DNA of 62,838 nt, the filler included, from Platydemus manokwari (Eukaryota), in NCBI GenBank assembly GCA_037951405.1. It is 6 parts of 6 records of this genome, joined end to end, with 100 filler letters (N's around TTAATTAATTAA, not from the genome) between each part and the next. Parts side by side here need not be neighbours in the genome. Positions count along the whole stretch, not along the records: positions 19,454 to 32,831 come from JBBMOY011748063.1; positions 32,932 to 43,243 come from JBBMOY011146216.1; 4 more parts are not named here. One strand, given 5' to 3'. Below the pieces are notes generated by a model. That model saw nothing but the letters and a program-made list of their open reading frames with translations. It did no database searches and had not been told where the DNA came from. Made by a program: the position numbers and the translations under genes. This document shows, one piece after another, positions 26,561-39,445 of the stretch (the first letter of the stretch is position 1; every line of letters starts with the position of its first letter).

Positions 26561-27853
26561 GTAATTAAAATGACACAATAACCTGTTATTAATTTTTAAG
26601 ATATCAACCACTATACTAAACTTTATTGGTAACCAACAAGAAACATGATCTATTCAATTTAGAACACATTTCACCTCGACGATCAATAAACTGTGTCTGA
26701 GAATTTTATTGTTGATAATAGTTTCAATGTAGTTCGACATCATAAAATATGTCTGATAAAAACTTAAATATATTCGAATAAAATTTAGCTTTTAAGATTG
26801 GGTCATCAATACTATATTTGGTGAAAGATAGACAATTCGAATATTTTGCAATTTCTGCTGTCATAATATTAATCATTTTAAAAATCTTATTTGTAAACTT
26901 TTAAAAATCAAAATGTTTTGAAATTTTATTTCTCCCATTGAATTTTAAACGAAAATTTAAATTAGTCGAAATATATTACTAATAACCAGTATTATATCCT
27001 AAATATAAATTCGAATGAGATTGATGTTATATGAGTTTGATTTTATTAACATTAAACAAATGATGGAAAAAATAATTCCTTATATTCTAGTAAAATTTAT
27101 TTGAAGTTTTCATAAATTATTTAAATAATTCTTATGATGAATATAAATATATAAAGACAATAAATTGTTTTTAGATATTTTGTAATTTATAATCATCGAT
27201 AATGATCTTGTATATTAAATGATTATCATCATTAATTAATAATCTCATAGAATTTTAAGCATATTACTAACTATTAAAGCGTCCTTTTATTGCAATATCA
27301 ATAACCTACATTTGTTAAGCTTAATATTACGAAATTCCCTAATTGCTTTTAAAAAAACTGTAGATTATTTGTAGAAATGAATGGGAATATATTTGACTGA
27401 AAACGTACATTTACTGTTCTATTACTATCAATAAAGGAAACCTATTTAAAAATCCTCTTCATTGTATACTATTTCCATTTTCCCATTCTATGGAGCTGTT
27501 TTTTTATTTTTCTCATCAGTTACGTCATTTAATTTAGTAGTTTTGTCTTTTTTCGATTTGCTAGAAAAAGTATCACAATTATCTATGTCACAAATATTTC
27601 TCAATTCGTTTCCTTTATCATTTCCTATTTCTCATTAACAGTGAACAATAACCGTTAAATTATACTTACAAATAAAAAAATGAAATTTCTTCATTGGCTA
27701 TCAGGAAAAACAAATAGAAAACGAAGCATACGATAGAAATTGGTGGAAAAAATTTTCTAACAACTTTTTTTTCTTCAGCTTTCTATTGTCGAAATAAAGA
27801 TCGTAAAACAATCAAAAAAGGAAGAAATTAATTGCCGGGTTTTCTAAAAATTC

Positions 27854-29596
27854 ATGCAGTCTACTAATGAGAAATCAATCATTTGGGGACGGTTTCTTAA
27901 TATTGTCCTTCATTTTTGTCATCGAAGTACTTTTCATGGTTTGAGTCAAATAGCCAGTGCAAGACAGATTCGCCAACGCATCTTTTGGATTGTTATCTGT
28001 GGAGGAGCTTCGATTGGATTTCTGATAAATATTTATTATCTTTTAGATAAATATCTAGAAACACCCATTCTTACAAATGTCATACAAAACCATGAAAGTT
28101 TCATTTTTCCAGATATATCCATATGTTTCACTAATCCAATATATTATCCCCCCAAAGACTCGCAGGCTTTCAAAGATCTTATGGAAAATTACGAAGATTA
28201 TTTGATTTATAAGAAAAATATGACATCTTTTTTCACAAATCAAGTTAATCTCGCAGAGTATTTGTATATGACGAAAAAAGATTTTTATGGACATCACAAT
28301 TGGGGCTCGATTGCATCATGTGCTTATATGGGCTACGATTGCTCTTTTGAACATTTTGAAACTCGTCATATTTATCCTTATGGTATGTGCCATACTTTTA
28401 ATTCGACAAAAATCATCATGAAGGATATCCGGAAAATGAAATCATTTACTGGAATCCAAAGTGTTAAGCCATTCTTTCAAATCACAGTCTATAAAGCCGT
28501 CGACATGGGCGTGAATTTCAATGTAGATCCATTTGACGATGTAACGATGCCTGGTGGTGTACTCGTTATGATTCATGATGAATACACATTTCCATTCGTT
28601 GGGAATAGTTACATACTAGATGCTTATAGCCAAATCGATTTACGTATCACATCAAAACAGCATCTAAACATCAATAATAAATGTAAAAACAGTCAGGAAT
28701 TTTATACATATATGGATTTATTCTCGAATAAAAGCACTACGTATTCAGCAAAAATGGAAGATTGTGTTTATATATCAATTCAGACCAATGTCATGAAAAA
28801 TTGTAACTGCATCTGGCAGCATTATCCTCCAATTTTGGTACCATCTTCTACCCGATACTGCTTAGACGGTACATTCTCGTACGAACATTTAGGTAAATGC
28901 CTAAGAAAAACCCATAAATATCTCAATAAAGACTATCTACCAAAATGCTATCAGGATCTTTGTGATCATAAGGTGTTTGAGACGGTTATTTCTCAAAGTA
29001 AATTTCCAGCAGTTAATGAACGGGGAACTCATGCATCTTGGATGAAAATTTTGGCCAATTTAGAGGAAAATGAAATTAAATTTTATGGTAGTTCAGAATT
29101 ATATCTCAAAGCTCTCAAACATGAAAACCATACCACAACAAAAATGTCCGTCATCGAAGCAATGGAAAAAAAAAGATTGGATTTACTGAATGAAGAGTTT
29201 GTCGATAGAAATTTTATGATGTTACGAGTGGTACCGAATTCTTTCTTCATGGATAAAGTGGAAGAAACAATGGAATATCCCATCAGCAGACTTTTAAGTG
29301 ATGTTGGTGGTTGTGTCGGTCTGTGGGTTGGTGCGAGTTTGATAACGATCTTCGAATTTTTGGATTTGATTTTTGATTTCTTTGATATTACATTCCAACT
29401 GAAAAAAATGCGCATGAATTCCAAAGACCTATCAAAACATAAACCCAATCCCAAGCATTGGACAACATCTGTTAAAGATAATAATACAATATCAAGTTCA
29501 AATCAGAACAATTATTCTCAACCAAACATTTCAAGACATAACAATTTATTCGTTAAAAGTGATGAAACTATTGTCAATATAACCTCTCAGATATAA
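27854..29596 (+). CDS. Intronless DEG/ENaC (amiloride-sensitive sodium channel family) subunit, 580 aa
   Basis: N-terminal STFHGL (HG motif), TM1 (IFWIVICGGASIGFLINIYYL), FPDISIC, YGMCHTFN, Cys-rich thumb (NCNC...RYC...KC...KC...LC), TM2 LLSDVGGCVGLWVGASLITIFEF with GAS filter. Intact ORF. Confidence 0.95.
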   Translation: MQSTNEKSIIWGRFLNIVLHFCHRSTFHGLSQIASARQIRQRIFWIVICGGASIGFLINIYYLLDKYLETPILTNVIQNHESFIFPDISICFTNPIYYPPKDSQAFKDLMENYEDYLIYKKNMTSFFTNQVNLAEYLYMTKKDFYGHHNWGSIASCAYMGYDCSFEHFETRHIYPYGMCHTFNSTKIIMKDIRKMKSFTGIQSVKPFFQITVYKAVDMGVNFNVDPFDDVTMPGGVLVMIHDEYTFPFVGNSYILDAYSQIDLRITSKQHLNINNKCKNSQEFYTYMDLFSNKSTTYSAKMEDCVYISIQTNVMKNCNCIWQHYPPILVPSSTRYCLDGTFSYEHLGKCLRKTHKYLNKDYLPKCYQDLCDHKVFETVISQSKFPAVNERGTHASWMKILANLEENEIKFYGSSELYLKALKHENHTTTKMSVIEAMEKKRLDLLNEEFVDRNFMMLRVVPNSFFMDKVEETMEYPISRLLSDVGGCVGLWVGASLITIFEFLDLIFDFFDITFQLKKMRMNSKDLSKHKPNPKHWTTSVKDNNTISSSNQNNYSQPNISRHNNLFVKSDETIVNITSQI

Positions 29597-32500
29597 TCTC
29601 TATTTAGATCGGTGATGTCTCATCAACATGATGTCAGTTGATATTTTAATAAATGTTTTAAATAGCCCTTTGACATAATGTAAACGAAAATGCTGAACTA
29701 ACACACAGATAGATATAGCAGATTAAAATAATGTTAATTAATGTTTGTATTTACTTGTGGAACCGCTTCTTTAAATAATTTATCAAGCTGTTGAAATTAA
29801 TTCCGAATTTAATGCTTAACCCTCGAGCCCCTTTGATATTACTTTAGTTGAGTTTCTATTAATAAGTTATCATTATAATAAAAACAGGATCTTCCACAGC
29901 CAATCAAAATCTGCAGGAATTCATTGAATATTTAAAACTGACATTTTCTGCATAGCAATACATTTTACTGAATTAAAAAAATTCAAATTTTTTCGATTAT
30001 TGATTTTTTAATTAGTTTGCTTTTATTTAATTTTATTTTAGTCAAACAGTTTAACGTCACACTATTATTGTAAAAAATATAAAACAGGAAACCTGTGGAA
30101 AGTGGTCATATTTTTGAAAATTTTCAAGGTCGACATTCTTTAACTGAGAGATTTGAGTCAATTGGAACTATTGACGACAAAGTACGGAGAAAATATTGTC
30201 ATGATAACATTTGTAGAGTTTTAAATATTAGGAATGAAATTCGTGCTACTTTATCCGTCTAAAAATCTTAGCAATTCTAAATCTTTGGTTCATCGTAATC
30301 TGATCATAAACTCCGGTCTCATAGGCTGTTACTTTACTGTCCTTCATTGATACGATTCTAATTCATTCATGGAAAAATTTATTTGAAAAAATTAGTCGAT
30401 CGCCATGATTTGATGTAATTATTTGATAAAAATGAAATCATTTCCACATACTTCCATGTCAATGAGCTCAATTTCGATAGGATTACTGTCAAAGGTAAAA
30501 TTTATCTTTTAATGCTTTGAAGCGTATTTCCAGTCATTGTAGGACTTATGAGTGTCCGTATAAAGAATGAGAATCTCCACATTTCCCACGAACCTTCATC
30601 AAGTAGTTGTACCTCAACTTCCAAAAACTTTTGATTGATAGTCAAATAATTTTCTGGGAATGATTTCTTGCAGTGAGCTCGAGTAAAATAAGTGATGCCT
30701 TAGAATCATCTTCACAGTTTGAATGAACTTGCAAATGGAATTCACGACTACCGCCTGGTTAATGGTGAAGAACTGTATCTAGACAAATGTTTTCTGGTTG
30801 TTGAGAAGCAAATTTATTTCAGTACGAATAAGAATGGCGGAAATAAAAAGTATGGGTCAAAATCTTTATAAAATGATACTTGGGTGTGTTAGAATAGTTA
30901 CTAACGATGAATGTTCGAAGTTATAATTGTTAAATATTATTGGTAGACTAATTTAAAAAATTGTTTTCTTAAATTGTAAACCAAAGCTACTTAGAAAAAT
31001 ATAATTTTTTAGAGTAAAATGTCAAATCACAATGTGATCAGCACTCGAAAGATAAAAATAATGACATAAATTATCGACATTAAAATACTGACATTCAAGA
31101 TTCAAATTCCTTTATAGAATTTTTGCTTATAACCTTGTATTTTGCAGTTTAACTTCTCATTTGACATATTTATTTCAATTTCTCATGACATTGGTGTATC
31201 TTAATAATCATTGTCTGTTGTTGGTGTGCGTCAATTGATAATTGGACTATATTTATGGGCTCATATTTTGAAGACATCCGATTGGCTGATAGTAGTGAGT
31301 AATATCATCTTGTCTGTGTGTATGGACTGTTAGAGGGTTGTTGGCAAAAATTTTCGTAGGTATTTAATTGTCCTGTTATAACTCTACAGGAGCTTAATTA
31401 AAATATTAATTCAACAACTTTTGCAAATAAAAGTTCAAATCATCGTGATTTTTATAAGCTCACCGGTTAAACTAAATATTACAAATCAATATTTTCTGGG
31501 TATTTACAATTTAAATATACCAAAATGAGAACCTTATTTAAGACATACGTACAAAGGTTTCTTAACTAATTTGAGAAATATCGACATTTGTACTTTGAAA
31601 TACAAAAAAGTAAACTACTTTTAATTAAAACGAACAATTCTCTAGAGATATTCAGAAAATAAACTCGACAAAATTACTGAACTAAACTTAAGTTAGTATG
31701 AGACAATCTAATTAGTGTATTTGCGATAAGTACGATTAAGAAAAATTGATAAAAAAAATACAGAGCAATTCTAGTCACTTAATTCAAGCTAAACTTTCCA
31801 GGATGCTTTGACATTTTGTGATGTCTATGCTGACCAGTTGTACACACAAAATGCATTACCTTTTTAATTTGAGTCTAGAGGGACTAACAAAAATATTTTT
31901 TATACTATCTTAACATACAAATTTCTTGCTTGTCTTATCTTCGATTCCTAGTCTTTCAATTCAATTGAAAATTTGAAAAAATTCTTTGAAGATATTATCT
32001 GAAAATTCGATAATAAAATTAATTTTTATCCATTTTAATAATCATAGTTTTTTTTAATCTAAAATCTACATAAAATAAATAGCGTATTTGATAGGTCAAC
32101 AGATCTCGAGTGAATTCTTCTAGTTTCTTTGAAATCAATTGAATAACACCGGAATTGTATGTTTGCGAAACTATATTTGTACTTAAATTGTGCAGTTTTA
32201 TTACATAGGATTCGTCTGTTTGGATAAAACTTCCACAGAATCTGTGCAGAACATCTTCAAACTCAGTAGAAACTTCGAATAGGAATATATCAAATCAAAT
32301 CTCGATTTTTGTGATGCAAATCGCTAGAGTGAAGGTTAATAGCTGCTTAGTAACAGTTGTAAAGGCAGTGCTCTTTATGTTATCAGTCAACTTATTTTCA
32401 AAATTTTCGTTGATGAGCTGTATGATGTATCCGGACGAAAATACGCACCTTTGTCAAAAGAAGTTTAATCTGAACTGATTCCGGGTTGACAAAGAGAATA

Positions 32501-33604
32501 TTAACTGCTTTTTGAATTTTATGCCGATAATAAAATCTGATCGATTTCAGCACCATCACATCTTAAATTATTTATATCAAGCACAGTGAGAAAATTTATC
32601 TTAATAATATGATTCTGAATATTTGACTTACTTTTATTTAATACCATATGTGAATGAATAGAATTGACTTATCGGGGACATTTGAATTTTTATTTTATAT
32701 TAAACTCATCTATTTTCCACTGTATTGTGCTTTACCGCTGAAATTTTATAAATCTATTGGGTCTATAACTTAAAAACCGGAATTTTTTTAGAACAATTGA
32801 GTGTTTATTAAAGAAAATCTTGTACAATTCTNNNNNNNNNNNNNNNNNNNNNNNNNNNNNNNNNNNNNNNNNNNNTTAATTAATTAANNNNNNNNNNNNN
32901 NNNNNNNNNNNNNNNNNNNNNNNNNNNNNNNCTAGTATTAATTAAAAGCGAAAAACTTATAACAGAAATCGAAACTTCATCACTTATAATTGTAAAATGA
33001 TAATGAAACAATAAATGAATTCAATTCTTATATTATTATTATCAATTAAATCATTATTAATAAACAATTATCAAAAAAAATAGAAAGAGAATAATTCTAT
33101 TCTTCATAAAAGCTAAAAAAGCAAAATCTCATACTTTTAATAAAAACATTTTCATTAGGTTTATCAAATAAAAATGATGATTGATTTATTGATTAAATAT
33201 ATTCAATGAAATACTTAATAAATATTTACGATGAACAACGAATGTGTTAATTTCATCTCGAGCTTGAACAGTTACCTTAACACAACAATAATACAACAAT
33301 TAATTAAATTAGTAGAAACGGTTTTTCGAATTAAATTTACTAAGCCACAGACTAATTCAAAATCCGGTTAAATTTGTAATTAAATTTTCGATTAAATTGA
33401 AAATATTTTTCATTCATTATAATTATCTCGATTTTATTCATATTTGAACATGATTTGAAAATATTCATAATATATAAATTATATTTCGTTTATTAAGCTT
33501 CATATTAAGTTTAATATTCTAACTGCCGTATATTTTAAGCTGAAATATTTTTATTCGTTCAATTTATATTTTAAAATCGTAGAAATAGTAAGTTTAAACA
33601 ACCA

Positions 33605-34369
33605 AATCAACGCCCTGCAAAATGTCTGTGCACACAAATGGAAATCATCAGTGCACAAAAATTTCTTAATGAGAACAAAGTGCTGGCTCAATGTCAAAAA
33701 TTTTGTTTAAATTTTTGATTTGAGAATGGCATTGTTATTTCTTTTGCAACGAACAGTACAATAATTTCAAATGTTATGCTCAAAGAAAATTAAAATCAAA
33801 ATCTGTAAACAGTTTTCTGGAACTTGTGCAACTTGCTTATAAAACTCAAGAATATTCTGATTTGGCAAAGTTGTTGGACATTGCTGGGAAATTTGTTGCA
33901 TCAAGTGCAGACTATGAACAGGGATTTAGTTTAATAAATTCCATTAAAACTAAGTAAAGAAATAGAATGGGTGATGGACACCTGGACATAATTGTTAGAA
34001 TTAAGAACTATATTCAAAGTAATGATGTGGTTGATTTATATTGTATGTCCAAAGTATGGTACAGGCAAAGACAGAAGAGAGAAGAATTAGAATGCTTGCA
34101 CACAATTAACACAAACAAAAAGTAAAATCTAAAATTTATTTGATTTAAGTAATTGTTTTATTGGAGCCTATAGCATTAACATCATCGGTTTATTGTATCC
34201 CTACTATTGGTCTTGTCAAGAAATAAAAAGTCTATAAAATGAATGAATTGTTTTCTTGTCTTATGTTCATTCTTGTGCACCCAGGGCAGGCAATCAATTT
34301 AACTTTGTCATATTTTGCATAGCACCAAATATTGCGCGCAGAGACTTCCAAGAATTAGAGGGAACATTG
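33605..34369 (+). mobile_element. hAT element 3' part: dimerisation domain and right end
   Basis: SDLAKLLDIAGKFVASSADYEQGFSLINSIKTK*RNRMGDGHLDIIVRIK matches hATC (SSAxCERxFSxMxxIKTxxRNRL). Ends in a TIR-like TTAGAGGGAACATTG. Confidence 0.75.
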
Positions 34370-34479
34370 CCCAATATATATGCCAATCTCATAAAAATCT
34401 TATTTCATATAATAGCAGTAGATGAAGAGCAATTTCTGGTTTCGTTGCAATTAAGATGAACTTACTAAAAATGCGATGA

Positions 34480-36270
34480 GAGTTGAAATGAGCTACAAAT
34501 TGTGGAATAGAAGCCAAAAAATGTGCAAATTTGGGAGCGCACCTTTAGTTATGTTTCTAATTAACAATAACCCGAAAGCACCAAAGACATTTTTGACGAT
34601 ACTTCATAAACGTTTTAACGAAAAGTAACAATAAGCTATTTGCTTTAAATGTCTACGGATTGGTCACTATGCAAAAAATACGATAAATCAAATATTAAGT
34701 CGCACCAACTAGATCTTCATTTAATTACTTGTGGAACTAGTCATCTAATAGTGAGTCTCGAACTTTCTTTACCGAAACTGTAGGTCAAGTACTGTAGACA
34801 TTCAAATGCAAGTAAGGTGTGTTTCTAGTTGTAAATATGGACATTTGGCATCTCCTTCAAATGAAAGCAAATTTCACCATTTATCTCTTAAAAATAAAGT
34901 GAAAAAGAATTGAGTAAATACAACAATTTCACAACTTAGAGAGAAATGAAAATTATCTGTTATGAGAAACAATGTAAATTGTTTCATTGACAAATTCAAA
35001 GTAAATGAACATTAGAATTTTATTACAGATCTAAATGAAATATTAAGAATTTAATGAAAGTAAAGAAAGAATTTCAAATAAGATGTTGATTAGGTAAACA
35101 TTGGAATTTGAATGACGTATTTTGAAGAAATTTCCTGACAAGTTTGAAATATTATGAATGAGAGCATTGACAACATGGTTATAAGAAAGAATAATTTAAT
35201 TCATATGTTTTCTGACAATTCTCTCAAATGACATGATATTTTATTATTGTACTCTATTTTATGTATGGTCTATGCATGTGAATTTGTTTATTGACAAAAA
35301 TAAGATCGGAAGGCAGCAGTATCATGAGTCGACAATGATTGGACTAAAAATTATATACAAATTGATCAACATAATAAATAACATCCTAGTACAGTAAATT
35401 GTTAAAATCCACTTTATATAAGCACAAATACCATTCAATATATAAGGATCAACTCAGTTTCTGAGGGTCATAACCAATATTGTTAGAAATACAGATTGAA
35501 GGATAAAGACATGGGCCACAAAAGTCAAAAAGAAATGACCTGTTATGTTAGTAGGCATCTTGATCCTCCAACAAAAAGGAATAATAAAGGAAGTACGGAG
35601 ATCAAAAAAGAGAAAAAAGAAACATATTTTCAGAATTCCGTAGTCACAAATACTTCAATGTGATAATGGCTGCTATCACTATAATGTGAATTGTTATGGA
35701 ATTCAGAGAATATATCCAGGAAGAGTTTTTACTTAAGCTTTCAATAGCATCAGAAGTACTTCCAAATTCGGTATTTATACAATTCGAGATCTATCAATAG
35801 TTATTGTATTTGAGGATTTGGAGAAAAACCAAAAGGAGAATGCAACTTTTATCAGTTGAGGGTAATAATTAAGAGTATATGGGATGTGGAAATCCGGGAA
35901 GACCCTGATTCCGCCTTGAAAGATGCCAAAGCCGTTTTATCAAAATATCTAAAATTAGAATACCTCTGGCTAAATCATGACAATACACAAAAATTGCGGA
36001 AAAGAAAGATATGGCTAGCAAGAGAAGTCTGAGGCATCATACGAAAAACATGCAACTAATGGACAAAGAAAAGAATAACAATAAAAATCGGTGAAACTCA
36101 ACAAGGAAACTTTCCCATATATATATAGACTGATCAAAAAGATCTTCAATTAAATGAAAAAATAAAAATCTTATTAAAAGCGTATGTAGATTTAAAAATT
36201 TGTGAACACAAGAGAATTGAAAAAACCATATGTGGACAAGAACTACTAAGAACACTTGAATAGAGGAAAA
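34480..36270 (+). mobile_element. Highly decayed LTR retrotransposon (gag/pol) debris
   Basis: Zinc-knuckle-like C..CKYGHLAS near 34820 and an RNase H-like HIYID near 36120; many stops. Confidence 0.3.
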
Positions 36271-37733
36271 TTTTAGAGCTAGAAACTAAAATTGAATAGA
36301 ATTGATTAACAATTATCGGACCTTACAAACAGTGTGAAAAGTGATACTTTCTGTGAAGAATAACTTTAAATATATTCAAATTTTTTCAGTAAAGAAAATT
36401 GAAATTATAATGAAACTTTTGTCAATCATTTTTTGTTTTAATTATTTTTTTAATTTTATTATTTGTACAGATTATCTAATCTATAACTGTTTACCCAATC
36501 AATTAATTTGTACAAACGAAAATTACATATCATTTACCAATAATAATTATTAATGCACATGCAACCATTCATTAAAAATATAGCCATTATTAAGTAAGTT
36601 GTTTTTTAATAAATCGTTAACGATTAAAAATCGAAATGCATTGGTGATTATTGAAAATGTCACAATAAAAAAAATTGCTTTTAATCACAAAAAAAGTCAC
36701 GGATATTGAATTAACAATTATTGACTGCTGAAGCTTTGTTAGAATTATTGATGTCAGAATTATTTTGATAATTTCTAATTCTTGTGGTGGAACCCCAACA
36801 TCATATTTCTGTCTAGTATCGATGATGAAACAATAAACAATATTAAATTATCATTTTAAAGACAATTTAAAACTGTTAAATATCTTTCTGTGCAATTTCA
36901 TTTAAATAACTGCAAAAATTTTGCTAATGGAAAATCCAAACAAAATTACTCATATTAAAAAATTAAAGATTTTATTCTGGGTTCAAGAAAAATTCGCATA
37001 ATTTGAGAAATCATTTGAAAATTATTGGGGATATGTTGCTATCATTCGTAAATTATTTCGAACAATTACATTCAATGAAATGAAAACGAAAGCAAAATCA
37101 AAAATGAAAGCGATAAATTAGAATACAAATGATAAGAAATAATAAACTAATTAATTTTCTAATAACGATTATTCAATGAAAAAGTGTAAAAATTTATTTT
37201 AACGAAAATCATATTAAAAATTTACGATTGTCCATGGATAACCAAAACAATTACTAATATTTAATATTGTTCGCACCAAGAAAAATTCAAGCCTTTAAAC
37301 TAATCCCATTTTATTTTGAAAAAGCAATTAATTTTGGTTATTTAAACTAAACAGCTTAATTTTATCGAAAGAATTTCCCTTCAAAGGAATAAGCGGATGA
37401 ATTCGTTAGGCAGAAGAACCATTTTAGGATTTTAAGATAATAATAATAATAATAGATTCCAATCAATTATTATACGTACACATTTGTGGGTGTAATAAAT
37501 ATAATTCTTTTTTGATAAAATTAATCATATATAAAATTTCATGAGTTTGAAATTTAAATTAAAAAAAACATAAAGATATAAAAATATTCAATGATTATAA
37601 TCAAATAATTTAGTCATTAGAGCTATTATATTTTTAAGATAAAATTTATATTCAGACTGAAGATGTAATTCTAATTCAAAGTTTTAAATTTTAAATATTC
37701 GATTACTAATAGAAAAAATTGATAATCAGAAAA

Positions 37734-39445
37734 ATGTCGAATGAATTAATAGATGATGATGAAAAGCAACGTTTATTAGCTTCTTATATTTCCGCTGATG
37801 ATGATAACAGATTTAAACGACTGCTTAAAGACATTGACCCACTTGAAGCTCGAAAGATCACCATACAAGACACTGGTCTTACTCTGCTTCACTGGGCTGC
37901 CTTAAAAGGATCTTTAGTAATTCAAAATTGGTTGCTTGATAAGCTGGAATTTCCACCTGATATTGATAGTAATAATGAAATCTGGAGCCCAGCTCATGTT
38001 GCTGTCATTGGAGGAAAAGACGTCTGTTTGGAAGCTCTGCTATTGAGAAAACCTGAAGTTATCAATCGCCCCGATAAAAAGTTTGTGAAAATTTTAAATG
38101 TATGATTATAAGTTACTATTAGAGGATGTACTCCCTTGCATTTGGCAGCCGCACATGGAAGATATCATTGTATGAAGATTATATTAAAAAATACAAGAGT
38201 GTTGCCAAATGTTGATATGACATGTAAAATTATGAGATGGACTCCGCTCATGTATGCTGCTTGGCATGGCAGAATATCCTGCGTGGAATTACTGATTCGT
38301 CATGGAGCCACAACAGATTTAGTCGACATTGAGGGCAGAAGTCCTCTCCATTTGTGTGCTGCTGAAGGTCATCTTTCTCTGGTGAAATATTTCATGGAGG
38401 ATGGTTGTTATGACGTAAACAAATGTTTAACAGCTACCGATAATCATGGATTAACAGCTTTGTAAGTTCAATGTATAAATTGCTAATCTTAAAATCACGA
38501 ACATGGAATGACTTCAATAATGTGTTAAATGAATTAAAACTAATCTTAATCATTTCTCTTATATTTTAAACTTTCAATATAAGTTATAATTTACCAAACA
38601 ATTATTAACTATAATTAACACATTGACTATCCATATTTTTAAATAGGAAATCATAATAATTCCTATTTAAAATGCTACTCTTCAATAAACAAACAAGTTT
38701 AAGAATATTTCATGAAATTGTAAATAATTTTAATAATGGGTTCTGGAAAACAGATAAATGATCGATATAACTGTATTTTAGTTAACGGCCAATTAGAGGT
38801 CTTTGGAGAAAATATAAATGCTATGCAACAACAAAAACACTGACTTTGTTATACTACATGGAATCATATTTGAATTATTATACCAATTAGTAACACAATG
38901 ACTTATTTCATTATAAAACAATAAAAAGTAATTTTTTATTATTTTCACACATGATAGAATTATTTTATAATTCGTATAATTTTAATTCCGATTCAAATTT
39001 GCATTGAAAGCAAATCTTTTAACTGGTCATGAATTCGTGCAAAGACAGACAGTTATATACAATTCATTTATGTTGAATTTTCTTTAGTAGATGACAAAAA
39101 ACTAATGATCATTAATAACTTTAGACGAATAGCTCAATTGAATAACAAGGACGAGATAGTGGCATTTTTGGTGGAAAAGAAAAACGATCCGAAAACATGG
39201 GAGGCAGACGATGACCTTCAATTTCCTGGCCACATTGCTGCATTGAACAATGATATTTTAAATCTCAAAACTCTTATAGAAAAAGGCAATGTGAGTATTA
39301 ACGATACTGATCATCGGGGATATACTCTATTACATAAAGCATGCATCGGTGGTCATTATGCTATTGTAAAATGGTTAATAAAAAAAGGAGCTTCGATTTG
39401 GGTTAAAACTCTTGGTAAAGAGACCGCACTAGAAATTGCTAAAAG
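37734..39445 (+). CDS. Ankyrin-repeat protein, ANKRD42-like; three exons seen, probably continues
   Basis: Exons 37734-38080, 38123-38461, 39125-39445 join in frame through GT-AG introns. Ankyrin repeats GLTLLHWAA, WSPAHVAV, GCTPLHLAA, WTPLMYAA, GRSPLHLCA, GYTLLHKAC. DLQFPGHIAA...LIEKG.VSIND resembles ANKRD42. Confidence 0.88.

Noticed and set aside
28055-29454. Antisense ORFs within the ENaC gene
   Set aside because: Shadow frames of a real CDS; same for 61659-61892 within the HTH gene.
30240-32750. GC-richer decayed coding-like patches (also 10900-11560 and 24700-25600)
   Set aside because: Probably TE remnants, but no motif was strong enough to name a family.
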